From the human T2T-CHM13v2.0 reference genome, Homo sapiens, in assembly GCF_009914755.1 (NCBI RefSeq), contig NC_060927.1: a stretch of DNA of 64,000 bases, one strand, 5' to 3'. Made by a program: the position numbers and the translations under genes. Under the pieces are notes generated by a model. It was not told the DNA's origin. It saw only the letters and a list, made by a program, of their open reading frames with translations, and did not search any database. Positions 15,811 to 29,910 of the stretch are shown here, one piece after another (the first letter of the stretch is position 1; the number at the start of each line of letters is the position of its first letter).

Positions 15811-16243
15811 AACTGCATATTATGTACATGATTACATTAAATTTTTATAACAACTCTGCCTGGTAGATTTAATCCCCTAGTTTTATAGATACAGAAGCTG
15901 AGAACTGAGGCAGTTTGCCCAGGGTCTTGTATTTAATCTGTGGGAACAGGAATCAGATCCCACCCATGTCCATCTGACTGCAGAACAGCCCCGCATTGTT
16001 TGTGGGGAGCATAAGGTGCTCGCCAACCTGCATCCGGCCCCACCCCTAGGCTGAGTCATCAGTGCATAGGTTGTTTCCATGCACTTCTTGGTCAACCCAG
16101 CCAGTGAGACACTGGGACCTGCCCACTCAAGTGCTCTCCTTTCTTTGTGTCCTATTTGGTTTATTAAATTTTAAAACACATTTAAGTTATGAAATATTTC
16201 AAATATACAGAAAAGTCCAGAAAGTAATATAGCAGACATTCTT

Positions 16244-16539
16244 TTCTTTTTCTTTTTTTTTTTTTTTTTTGAGATGGAGTCTCACTCTGTCGCCCAGGCT
16301 GGAGGGCAGTGGCGCGATCTCGGCTCACTGCAAGCTCTGCCTCCCGGGTTCGCGCCATTCTCCTGCCTCAGCCTCCTGAGTAGCTGGGACTACAGGCACC
16401 CACCACTGCGCCCAGCTAATTTTTTGTATTTTTATTAGAGACAGGGTTTCGCCTTGATCTCGATCTCCTGAGCTCGTGATCCACCCGCCTCAGCCTCCCA
16501 AAGTGCTGGGATTACAGGCGTTAGCCACCTCGCCTGGCC
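16244..16539 (-). mobile_element. AluY with a short internal deletion
   Basis: AluY diagnostics GCAAGCTC and GCCATTCTCC; perfect 16-bp TSD TATAGCAGACATTCTT at 16228-16243 and 16540-16555. Confidence 0.95.
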
Positions 16540-16914
16540 TATAGCAGACATTCTTATAGTCAACATTCAAAATTCCTATATTTGCTTCCACTTAATTTTG
16601 TTTTCGAAAAAGAAAAAAATATGAAAACAAAGATACGTTTGTTTGAGCATTGTTTGCCAATAGCCACCAATATAAATGAATAAATAAATGTGATGTTCAA
16701 ATGCAAATAAATACCATATAATAATTAATAAAGTAGATCCATATTTTGAGAGGAAAGGGCAAATTGCAAGTGAATAAGAACAATAGAAATCATAGTATTC
16801 ATGTACATTTAAAAAACCAACAGACCCATACTAGTACATGGCTGCAAAATCTTAAACTCTTTTTCAGAGCTGTTCCCTTAGGGTTTCTACCCTCATTCAA
16901 AGCATCCTTCATTC

Positions 16915-17789
16915 TCTCCATCTCTGCCTCCCTTTCCATCTTAAGGACTTTCCTGAAATGCCATTTTATCTCCTTCCACTTCCACCTCTTGGCACCAGCA
17001 GCCCAACCAGTATGCGTCTGCTTCTGTAACACCATTCAGGAATTTATGATGATGTTTTGCATGGTAAAGCTTCATTATGGGCCTTCCTCTGAAAAAGCAA
17101 TTCATTGTACTTATTTACAAATATTATAGCACTTCAGATCTGAAATGGATCCAATAGCACACCAACATCTGATTATATGTCTAGGATGCCCCTCAAGCCT
17201 CCTTTAGTGATAAACCATAACAAAAAGTTCAGTGATACCAGGTTTTGGTGAGTATAGAGAAAGGTAGGAATTTTAGGGCCCTACTGGTGGGAGTAGGGAC
17301 TGGCATAACCATCGTGGAAGACTGCTTAATGGTTTCTGCTAAGGATGGAGATATGCCAACCTCTTATAACCTAGTTATTCCACTTCCGGGAAAATCCTAA
17401 CAGAAATGTGTGCAGCACGGATAGGAATGTTCCCAGCAGCACCATTCAAAATAGTCCCAAACTAGGAACAACACAGATGCCCTTTGAAAGTCAAATGGAT
17501 AAGTAAATGGTGGTGTGTTCTTACGTTGTGGTGGTGAAAATATGCCAACGGCAGTCTCACACAAGCAGGGATGGTGTGGCCCCTAACTTTGAGAGAGGGA
17601 AGCCAGACCCAGAAGAGTACATGCATACGATTCCATCTCCATCTCCGCCTCCCTTTCCATCTTAAGGACTTTTCTGAAATGCCATTTTATCTCCTTCCAC
17701 TTCCACCTCTTGGCACCAGCAGCCCAACCAGTATGCGTCTGCTTCTGTAACACCATTCAGGAATTTATGATGATGTTTTGCATGGTAAA
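16915..17789 (+). repeat. 154-bp direct duplication (16915-17068 and 17636-17789)
   Basis: Base-by-base comparison: 2 mismatches, no gaps, offset 721. Confidence 0.97.
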
Positions 17790-18090
17790 ACATCATATGG
17801 AGGTCAAAGACAATCAGAATCACACTGTGTTGTTTAGAGACCAGCAGTGCATACTTAGCTGGTGGGAGGAGAGAACAGTAGAGAGGTGGTTGCCATAAAA
17901 GTCAAGATAAAAGTTATTTTTGGTGGGAAGGGCTATGACAGGAAGGGGAGTGAAATGCTGCCAATGCCTTGTTACTTGTCCTGGGTGGTGGCTGTGCAGG
18001 TGTTTGTTTTATAACAGTTTGTTTTGCTGTAATTTATGTTTTATAAACATTTCTGTATGTATTCTGTATTTGAAAATAATAATAATTTTT
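17220..18090 (+). mobile_element. Old L1 (L1ME-like) 3' region
   Basis: GAATGTTCCCAGCAGCACCATTC, AATGGATAAGTAAATGGTGG and AGAGTACATGCATACGATTCCAT motifs. Confidence 0.65.
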
Positions 18091-21000
18091 GAAACCACCA
18101 CAGATCACAGCACTTATAAGTTCACAGTGAGAGTGCAAAGGATACTTTGCAAAGTTCTTTCAAGAAATCTTAAATTCTCAAGTGCCACGCGGGCAGTGAT
18201 TTCCCCCGTGAAATTTCTATATGCTGTCCAAGAAACATCTTTTTAGACATCTTCACTTTCAAAAGAGGCATTTTTTTTTCAAAGAAGATTTTATCACTTA
18301 TCAGAATATGTTGCCTGATAGAGAGTCTAAATGGGCAGCATGAACCCTGTTCTCCCGAGTAAAGTGATGCACCAGGGGCCCCCTCTTCACAGTGTACCCT
18401 GTTTCAATTCCAAGTCCCAGACCCTTGAGAACCTCTGGAATAACTGATACCAAAAAATGCTAGTCCTCTGAATACAGTGATAGCTAACAGTTTCACCCTG
18501 CAATTTGTTCATTCCCCTTTATGGAGGAGAAAATGGAGGCACAGGGTAGTTAAGGAACTACTGTCACCATCTAGGAAACAAACAGAGGCCCTCTGGCTCT
18601 GGAGCCTGCATGAGTAACCACCCAACCATCCTACCTCCCCCACTATTGTCTAAATTAGATATCAGCACATGTTGGGGAAAATGTTTAAATTCTCCTTCTC
18701 CCCATGGTCAAAAATATCATTTTTTTCTCTTCCAAGATGTCTCTCGATTCTGTCCTTTATTTTCATTTCCCCGGCTTAACATTGGCCAACTCCATCCCTC
18801 ACCTGGTTTATTGCACGTTCTCTCTATATCCAGCTCCTCTCTCCCCAGCCATAAATCCTTTGATGGTTCCCTACTGTCTGCCTGGTCTAGTCCTGACCCT
18901 CACCACGACCAAAGCGCTTCATGGCCTGGCCTTTGCCTTTTCTTCAAGTTTCATCTCCTACTCACCTCTTTGCATATCTACCTGCTAACAATCCCAGACT
19001 ATGTACCATACCCTCATGTACCAAGGACGTTCTAACTACAGTTAGAAGTTCCTCTGCTGGCCGTTCCTCCTGTCCTCTCCTTCCTCTCTCTAATTCTATT
19101 TATCCTTCAAGACCAGTGCAAATACCACCTTTTCTGGGGAGCATTTTCTGAAGCCATCCAGCCTAAACCTCTCTCCTCAATCTTGCTGTATCTCTTGTCG
19201 CTTTTATACGAGTCTGCTCAGGCTGATATTTGCCCAACTGCCCTCCCACTAGTCTAAACTCTTGAGGGTAAGGGCTGTGTCTTAGCTACATTTTGATCCC
19301 AAAGTCTGTCATAAAACAGCATGAGCTATTCAGTTCATATTAAATGAATCTGTATCACCCAGTTAAGTTTCTGTCCAAGGATGAGGATTTACATGTCACT
19401 ATGATATTCTTTTGTCCTAACATTCTGGCCTGGTTCCTCCTGGAGAAAGATGGCTAAAGCAGAAGTCAGGGGGACAGAGTTGTTTCCTGGCCAACGGGAG
19501 ACAGCTGATACTGGGAACAGCATAGAGGACCACTCACTTTGGGTATAAGTCTGGCTGGAAAATCCACCTGAAACAGATTTTTCCTGCCTCAGTCTGGGAC
19601 TCCAAAGACTGGTTCGCCAAGGTGAATCAGGACAAGAAGTGGAAAATTCCTCCTTCACATTTCACTGGGAAACTTGAACCAGAAATCAATGTGTCAGGCC
19701 CAGCCTGTCTCGTTTTTCCAGACAAGACTCCCTGATTCTCCAGTCTGCCCTGAGAGGTGCTGCAGCAGAAACAGCGCAAAGCTGCTGAAGACTTTCATGT
19801 GGCTTCTCCTGTTAGAAAATCACAGCCCCCCCCACCTCTAGAAGCCTGTGGAACACAGCATCATGGAGAATCTGGCTTTTCTTCCAGGCAGGGCATGGGA
19901 ACTATTTTTCAAGGGAAAGGACGTGCATAATTGCTGGGGAAATATACACATTTAATTTCTCTGGAGCCCTTGAAGCTTTCTTCCTTAAATAAATCATTCT
20001 GCAGGATCCTGTGACCTGAGACCTGGAAGTGGTTTTGTTTTGACCTGGAGCCACGGCCTCCAGAGAGAGGAAGTCTGTCCCATTTGGATGCCTATGTGAA
20101 CGCACACGACGTGGCTTTACTCTCCCCCAAAATGGGCAGACGAGGTGGAGTTGCTAGAGTCTATCATGTAGGTCCTTTTCAAGAGCTGAGCAGGTACATG
20201 ACCACCTGTCTGCCTTATACATTAAAAAGAATAGGAAACCATTATCTTGAGACAGGTGATGAGGGCTGCAAGCTTGGGTAAGGGGATTTTTGGAAGCTTT
20301 TGAGAAGCTGTGTGTTGGAGCTGACAGAGAAAGCAGAAACCGTCTTTGACAAACCCCTTTATTTACAGAGCAGGACACCAAGGTCCAGAGAGGGAAATCC
20401 TGTCACCAGTGTCCCCAAGGACTGCCTGTATGAAGTCGCCTTGGAACTGGTCACAAAAACCACTTCTGGGCCTCATCGCAGATGCAGGATCTCTGAGGAT
20501 TTCCCTAGGAACCAGAGTTTGACGCACTTCCCAAGTAGTTCTGATGTACTCTGAAGCTTTGGAAGCTGTGATAAGTTCTCTGGACTTTCTGCTTGGACGC
20601 AGGTTGGGTCCAGCCTTCACACAGGCCTCGGCTGTTCCTTCATCTGCCTCTCTCTGCCTGCCCCTCCAATTACCATCAGTCCCTCCTGAGCTTCCTCACT
20701 TCCAGGTCACCTCTCCCTGCTGGCCTCCCTTCCAGGCCACCCATCTAAGGCTCCTGCATTCTAAGCTGCCAACATCAGGAGAGGGAACAGCACGCTCTGT
20801 TCAGGAATGTCGAGCTGGACAGGGCCCAGGAGAGGATCCAGTGCTGCCCCTCCTCCCTGCTCCCCATCCATATAGGTTTCTTTCTCTGTTCCCCCTTGTG
20901 TATTAAATGCTGACATTGCTCATGGAAGCAATAGCATCTGCTGTTTCCGGAAGCTGGAAGCACTGTGTGGTCTCAAGAGGGTCCTGGAAGATGCTAAGGC

Positions 21001-21616
21001 CTTTGGAATTTAGGGACTCGCTCAAGGCTTATTATAAACTGAGTCCTTGGATGATTGAAAAAGAGTAACCATTTTGCCAAATGTCTGTGCTATGGTTTAG
21101 AGCTTTGCTAAGTTCATACAATGTTATAATCGGTTCCTCCCATACGACCACCTACAGCCATCAGCCATTAATTTATGTGCATGTCTTTTTGAAATTCCTT
21201 TGTGAGTGATACTTACTTGAAGCCAGGGTGGTTAGTCTTAAAGCAAGCAGAGAAGAGGGATGGAAGCCCGTGGCTGTGGAATCTGGTCAACACGAGGCCA
21301 CATTCCTGCCTCACCTGGTATAGTTGCTGGGCCTGGGGACCTGTCCGACTCCTCCCTACAGCTCCTGTTTTCTCACCTGAAAAGTGATTGTAATTTCTAC
21401 TTCACAGATGTTCTACCATCTAGAAGCACTGTGCCTGAGGCCAGCACATAGATAGAGAGTGTTTCTTTTCTGTTCCTTACCTTTTTAAGCTGCTATTTGA
21501 GACAATTTGCTGCAGACTCTCTAGGCCCAGTTCCCTGTGCTCTAACACTCTTCCTCGTAGTAAGAGGACTCTTCTGGAAAGAACTCTTAAGTTGTTAAAG
21601 ATAGAAAAGTAATCTC

Positions 21617-21835
21617 ATGAGGATGCAAAGGCATAAGATACAATGTACTTTGGGGACGTGAGGGGAGCGGGGAAGGAGGACGAGGGATAAAAGACTACTC
21701 ATTGGGTACAGTGTACACTGCTCGGGTGATAGGTGCACCAAAATCTCGGTAATCACCACTAAAGAACTTATCCATGTAATCAAATAACCACGTGCTCCCC
21801 AAAAACTATTGAAATAAATGAAAATAAAAGATAAA
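21617..21835 (+). mobile_element. L1PB-type 3' end, 5'-truncated
   Basis: GAGGATGCAAAGGCATAAG...GGGTACAGTGTACACTGCTCGGGTGAT...CACCACTAAAGAACTTATCCATGTAA, A-rich tail. Confidence 0.88.
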
Positions 21836-21842
21836 AATATCT

Positions 21843-21985
21843 GCAGTGGCTCACGCCTGTAATCCTAGCACTTTGGGAGGCCAAGGTGAGTGGATCGCTT
21901 GAGCCCAGGAGTTCCAGACCAGCCTAGGCAACATGGCAAGACCTCATCTCTACAAAAATAATAAAGTAAATAAAATAAAAAGAAG
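21843..21985 (+). mobile_element. Alu left monomer (FLAM-like)
   Basis: GCAGTGGCTCACGCCTGTAATCC...GCTTGAGCCCAGGAGTT...TCTCTACAAAAA, no right arm. Confidence 0.85.
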
Positions 21986-23475
21986 GAAATGGAACTATAT
22001 GTACTGGTAGAGAAAGATGTCCAAGATGTCCAAAAAAAGCAAGTTGGAGAGCAACAAATAATATAATCCTATTTTCTAAAATAAATATTTTGCTGGGGTA
22101 AAAAAAAAGAAAAGTAAATTCTGAGTCACTACCATTGAAATGACTGTATCTCAGATGAGTACTTGAGATTCAGTCTGTCATGGTGGCCACCTTAAGAGGA
22201 ACTGGAACCAAATTACCTAAGTTAGACTAGACAACAGCTAAGGCTCTTCTCCTTCTTATGATTCTATGATAACAAATTTGGCTTGACCTTTAAGGCCCTT
22301 CATAATCCCAGTCAAGCCCGTCTTACAGACTCATCTAACATTATTCCTCTAAACTCCATATTCCTTCCACGCTATGCAGTTTACAGTGTCCCACCCATAT
22401 CATGCCCCTTCCTGCAACCAGACTTCTGATTCTTATACTTTCCACTCTTCCTCCCCTTTCCAATATTAGATTCCACCCATTCTTGAAGGCCCTCTTCCCT
22501 CAAGCCCCTCCTGCTTCCACAGTGGCAGTACACACTCCAGCCTTCCATCTGCATTTCTCTTGCAGTGCTCCTAGCAAACTACCTTGTATTCTGGGTATAT
22601 GGAAACATGTCTTATCAGACCACATCTTACTGGACTCTCTGAGGACAGCTCCTGGGTCTCAGTTTTTCTCAGAATGCCTCTAGCACCTGGCACACAAAAA
22701 TTGTGCATGAAATGTTTATTGAATTGAGCCAAGGAATTCCAAGAATTAATTCACATAGACTCAGTAGACTCAGTGTTTGGTTTGAGCATTTTTCTTATTC
22801 AGGGCATGCTGGCAACAAGGATCAGGTACCCTCTGGAACAATTTCAAATGAAAAGAGGGATTATTAAAAGGATACAGGGGTCTGTTGTTGACCTCCAAGG
22901 ACAGGAAGTGAGAAAGGATGAGTCACAAAAGAACAAAAAAGATCTCCTCTCTGTGTCCTTCAAGGGGCTACGGGGGTTCTTGTCACCCCTAACTCTTTCT
23001 GCGTGTCAACTCTCTTCTCCTCTTGGCAGACTGGACCTCTCTGGAAGGCCCTTCGTTTTCTCTCTCCCACAGTTCAGGCTTGCCTGTGGCTCCTGCTGTG
23101 TTCTGCATGGTACTAGCTCCTGTCCTGCTGTCTCAGGACCTTTCAGTTCAAGCATCCTCCTAACCTGAGTCTCTGTGTCTCTTACCTCAAATTCTCTCTC
23201 TCAAAAAAAAAAAAGGTGGGGGGGATTGGCTGGGCCAGAATTTGGCCCAAAGCCACCACTGGTCTGTGGTGACCAGGAGCAATACCATATGATTTCCCAG
23301 GCCCCACCCTTTCAGCAAGAGGCTGGAATTTGGGGGGAGGGTCGTGATGTTTCCTACTAACTGGCCATTAGCTGGATCATCATTTCCAAAGGAATCTAAT
23401 ACAATAATGTCCACAAAAAGCAGTGAAGGATACAGAGACCACAAAATAGATCCACAACGTGGGACAGAGTGTCAT

Positions 23476-24577
23476 TGGCCTCCCAACAGTTTCACAGGAG
23501 CCCCTTGGATGCTGCAGAGCATGGGTCTCTGGGGACTGGAGGAGCTGAGGGCCACTCCCAGGTTGGCTCAATCTCCCTGAGAACCTTTTCTTTGCATTTT
23601 TGTTTTCTTCCCAGGAGCAGGCAAGTCTGACTAGATGGATATTTCTGGTCTTCTCTCAGTAGCCAACAAAGGCAATGCCAGGGTTGACAGGAAGAGAGCT
23701 GGGGAGAAGGAAGAAGTGGAGAGGGACGGTGTGAATGCAAGCAGCCAGGTGTGCACCCACCAGGTCATGCGGGGAACACTGGAAGAGGGCACTAAAGTCA
23801 GTTCCAGCAGGGTTGGGTGAGACTTCAGGGTGATGCATGGGCACTGTTTTTGCTCTCCCTACTGGACCATTCAGCCTGAGACATGCTGTAGTCTCTCCAT
23901 TAAAAGAGTCCTCCACTGGCTCCTTACATCCTCTCTGTCCTAGTCGGTTTGGCTACTATAACAAACTATCATAGATTGGATGGTTTATACACAACAGAAA
24001 CTTGTTTCTCACAGTTTGGGAGGCCAGAAGTCTGAGAACAGGATGCTAGTCTGGTCAGGTTCATTGAGGGCCTCCTTCCAGGTGCAGGCTGCAGACCTCT
24101 CATTGCAGCCATACATGGTAGAAAGACCGCCAGAGAGCTCTCTGGGGTCTCATGTGTGAGGGCACTCATCCCATTCATGAGGGATTTACCCTCAGGACCT
24201 AATGACCTCCCAAGGCCCCCTCACCTAATACCACCACAGTGGGATTTGGAGTTCAGTGTACAGATTTGGGAGGCACACAACATTCAGTTCATAGCACTCT
24301 CTAACTACTACCCCAGTTTCCTTTTTCAGCCAATAGTGATGCCCAAAGTCACATGCCCTCTGGGAGCATTACCCACAGGAACATGTGGGATTGGTTCATT
24401 GCCACAGAGATTTGGTGGGGCCCAAAGGAACTTCTAGAAACTTCAAGTTTACACATCACTACATCTGCTTTTGTTGTCTCTGTGGACTCCCAGTCGCTTC
24501 ACAGGAGGCCGCTGGATGCTGCTGAACATGCATCTCGGGGGCCTGGGGGAGCTGAGTGCCACTCCCAGGTTGGCTCA
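23476..24577 (+). repeat. Diverged 95-bp direct repeat (23476-23570 and 24483-24577)
   Basis: Ungapped manual alignment 79/95 identical; shared GCCACTCCCAGGTTGGCTCA. Confidence 0.9.
23936..24296 (-). mobile_element. MLT1A-type MaLR solo LTR
   Basis: TG...CA termini (TGTCCTAGTC...TTCATAGCA) with 5-bp TSD CTCTC on both sides. Confidence 0.88.
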
Positions 24578-25849
24578 GACTCGGCCCTAAGCACCGCGTA
24601 GTGATGTGCTTCCCCTGCCACCCCCCACCTCACCGCACTCTCCTCGCTATGTTCTCTCCATCTCCAGGAGACACTTCCCCTTCAAGGCCCCATTTAAAAT
24701 TCTCCTTTTCTGTGAAGACTTTGCTGATCTCACAGCCAGACAAGCCTCTCCTTCCACTGGACTCAACATCCTTTTGCCCGTATCAAGAAGGTAGCAATTG
24801 TCATGCTCCACATGGGTCTCCCTGACAAGCCCGGGCACTGCCTGGTGGCAAGAACCGCACCTCATTCATCTTTATGGTGCCCAACACCCGCTAGACTCTC
24901 AGGATTGTTGGATAAAGGAAGACTTCTTTGCCAGACATTGAGCAAGACTCAGTTTTTGTAAGGTGTATATGCTCATCTCTAAAATAGGGGCAGACAGGCC
25001 TACTCAAATCCAGTGAGTCCAGCAATGGGGGGAATGCCTTGCAAATCCTAGAGAACTGCAAGGATGTGTGAGGATTCTTCTCCATGCCATCACATACTTC
25101 TCAGGGCCAGCCTGGTGACCTGGCCCAAGAGAAGCAGGTATAAGATCATTCCGGCCATGCATGTTTTCATTTCCATGAGATGAAGAACTGTGTGTCAGTT
25201 TTGACTCTTACATACTGATGCCAGATGCACTCTTGCGTGTGTGGATCTCTCCCCAGTCCAGGGCAGTAACCTCACAATGGTACCTACAGATGCACAGGAG
25301 TTGCCTAAACATTGCAAAAGGAAGGACAGAATTAGAGCAGTTAGTTTTCTTAGGCTTCCTGTAGAGCTTGTCTCAATACCCACCCAGAGGGCACTGGAGG
25401 GTGAAGAAATTTCCTTTCTCAAGCCCTTCATTCACTCACTCATTCCCTCTCAGCTTCAGCGCACTCCCTGGTGGAAACAAACAGGTAACGGGGTGGTAAG
25501 CCCTATGACAGACCTTTGCAAATGTCCTCAGAGGCGTGCAGAGGAGGAACACTTACGCCAGACTCCGGGGAGAAGCTGCCTGCGGGAGCTCTCACCTGAG
25601 GAGGACACAGGAAGGGTTTTCCTTGCAGCAGGAACAGCTTACGCAAAACCTGGATGTGAGCAAGAACATGATGTGCTCCCAGAAGAATAAACTGTTCAGA
25701 GCGGCTGGCGTGTAAAGGGTAAAGGCTGAGTGAGCAGAAATGCCACCAGAGCAGGGGGTGAGAGCCAGACCAGGGGCCCTTAGGAGCCAGGCCGAGGGTC
25801 CTCTCTGAAGGATGCCTGAAATGCCTCCGCTGCAGCTTGCTAGAGGCCT

Positions 25850-26800
25850 TCTAATTAACCTGCGAAGAACCGTCTGCAGGCCCCCAGTCCGGTGTTCACT
25901 CGTTCATTCATTCGCTCTTCACTGGGTGCCCTGGCACTCCAAGCCTCCAGCGCACACCCAGCCCTAACCTTGACCAGGGTGCTGAGCACGAGGAGCCCCA
26001 CCCTGAGCCAGGCCTGGAGAGGCGCCTTTAAGCGCAGGTCCTGCGGCTGCTGACAGGTCATCAGAGCTGGGACCAAAGACCCGCCGGGAGGCTGGCAGCC
26101 TAGGTCGCTTCCCAAGCTCTCCGGGCCCTTCCCTTCGGCGGCTAATTTCCACTTTTCATAAGGATGTGTTCATTCAGGGGACTAGGAGCAGAGGCGCGCC
26201 CGATGGGGGACACGTGCCCCCTCGACGGCACGCGCTTTGATGCTCGCGGGGGCCAGAGGCGAGGCGGCCAGCATCTTGCGTTCCTGCGCCGGACGCTGTC
26301 TTTGGGAAGCTCCAGGCGTAGGTTCGCATTGCGTGCGGGAAGCCCCCTGCCCACATGAAAGGCTCGCTGTCGGGCTGTGGGTCCTGGCTCCCGCCCCCAG
26401 CCCTGCAGACACACTCCGCTCCCAGCGAGGAGCCCCGGAGCCGCACAAAGGAAATGGCAAGAGACTGAGTCACCACCATCCAGAGAGGCTCGCCCGCGGC
26501 CCGGGCCGCGGCCACAACAGGACCTTTGTGCTGCGCTCCAGGAAGACGAGGAGGGCCGGCTGGAGGGAGGCAGACAGTTCAGGGCGCTGAGTAATGCCGG
26601 GGTGAGGGGAGGAATCTCCCCCGGAAGAGAGACCGGCCCCTCGGCCCCCGCCACTCCTCAAAGCCACGGTGCAGCGCGGGGACTCGCAGGCTGCTTAGAG
26701 ACGGCCTCCCTGCCTCCACCGTGTCGCAGCGCTGGGCCCCTGAGGGGTGCCTCCTCCTTTGCGGGCATCTGTTTCCTCTCCGTGGTGTGAGGGGCTGGAG
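25850..26800. promoter_or_regulatory. CpG-rich island (candidate promoter or enhancer)
   Basis: Sharp rise in GC and CpG density (e.g. CGCCCGCGGCCCGGGCCGCGG at ~26491) outside any recognised repeat; AP-1 site TGAGTCA at 26466. Confidence 0.75.
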
Positions 26801-28325
26801 GCCTGGGACGTGTCTGTTTCAACTCTTTTCCTGCCATAGTCCCTGACAGCATGCAGCAGGTGCTAAATGTTTGTGCATGGATGTTGGCGGGATGGATGGA
26901 CAGATGGAAGGATTCATCCCACAAACGCTGCATGTGAAGAGCTGACCAGTGCTCTCGTTTCACAGATGGGGAAATGGAGGCCGAGACGTGGGAATGCTTT
27001 ATGCCAGGTCCCGCATGAACAGTGGTAGATCTAGAACTCAGGTGCTACGCTGTCGGCCTGCTGTTGGTCTGCGGAGCTACTATATAGCTGTTGCGTGACT
27101 CAGGGAACACCTGGGGCGTGACTGACAGGTGGAGAAGGGTCAAGGTGGTTGGAGCCCAAGCGTGGATAAGACAGCCCCGGAGGGAGAGGCCAGCCTGGGA
27201 CAGGGCTTACTGGAGAGTGAGGGAGAGAGGCCAGCGCAACAGCAGCCTGGGCCCCGGGCCTCAGGATGATGACAATCTCTTGGTCAAGATAGGTCATGCA
27301 GATTACAGAAACTGGGAAAGAACCAGCATTTGTTGAGCACTGAGTGAGTGTATGCAAGGCACGATATTTAATACTTTACCCAACCCTGAGGGAGGTGTTG
27401 TTCCAGATAGAGAAGGTGATTGGGAGACAGGTGCCTTCTGGAATAATCTGTTGCTGGCTCTGGCAGGGCCTCAGAGTGGTGGTAACTCTGTGGGGCTGCC
27501 TTGTGACAAACACGGGTTCTCAGCCTGCAGCCCAGAAACTCCCTGTTGTTGATGTACTCAGAGGACGTCAGCATCTCAGGGCTACTCAAGTCAACTCACA
27601 CTCAGAAAGTCTGAGGTCAGCTACCGAGATACTGGGGTGAAGGATGATCTGTGCTCTTCCACATGTGAGAAGCTGAAGCCCATGAGCCAGCCAGGTTGCC
27701 TGGGGGCATGGCAGCAGAGCCAGAGCTTTAGAGCCACACCTGGGAGCTCTGACCATCTGTGAACCTCACCGGCGGGAGTCAGGGGGACAGGCTGCCACAC
27801 ACTACACAGCTGAGCTCCTGAGGATGGGCACACCCAGGACAGTGTGCACAGATGGCCCCTCCTCTCCTAACGCCTATGCTGACCATAGTCACCATGCACC
27901 TTTGTTAGAACAATCTTTCAGCTCAAACCAAAGCAACACACTAGCTGTTCAGACAAGCCAATACAGCCACTCTCTGACACCACACCCAGGACGTTCTGAT
28001 GAGAGGCAAATGGCTCAGAAGTCCTCAGCCTCCTCTTGACCAGAGCATGGTTTAGGGCAAATGCTGTCTATATGTGACAGGGACCATTCCCTACCTCTGG
28101 TGTTTTCTAATTCCTTAACAGAAGCTAATCTTAATTTTAAGAATGCCATCCCAGAAATCTTTAATAGATGAGCTATTAAATCTCATCTTTAACTTTGGAG
28201 AATTTAGAAAGATTCTGGGATGAAGTTTAATAGTTCATCTCAAAGGTCACATGGCTAAAAAGTGGTGGCCTAGGACTCCAGCCCATTACATCCCACTGCG
28301 CCTCCCCTTAAGACTATTCACAACA

Positions 28326-28890
<565 letters not shown>

Positions 28891-29189
28891 AGCAAAGCAA
28901 AGCAAGATGTCTGCAATAACTAACCCCCATAGCACCCTTGAGTCCTGCTGTCCTGGAGAAAAGCTATCTGCAGCTCTGAGTGGGAGAGTAGGGAGCCACC
29001 CCATCATGGGGTTACCAAAGTCCAGAGTCCTGCCCCTGGCATTGTCAGTTTAGAGATTAGGTTTCTATCAGCCTCCCAGAGAGGAACAGGTTCAGGCAGT
29101 CTGACTTATGGTGACTCAGCCCACAAGGGAATGCGCCAAACCCAGTGAATTGATTCACCTGTGAGATACACTGGCCAGAAAAAAGATTG

Positions 29190-29910
<721 letters not shown>

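Noticed and set aside
16746-17898. Two ORFs sharing the peptide APAAQPVCVCFCNTIQEFMMMFCMVK
   Set aside because: Explained entirely by the 154-bp DNA duplication; no evidence of coding
25855-26963. Many overlapping ORFs on both strands
   Set aside because: Expected from stop-codon scarcity in GC-rich DNA; low-complexity Arg/Pro/Gly/Ala translations
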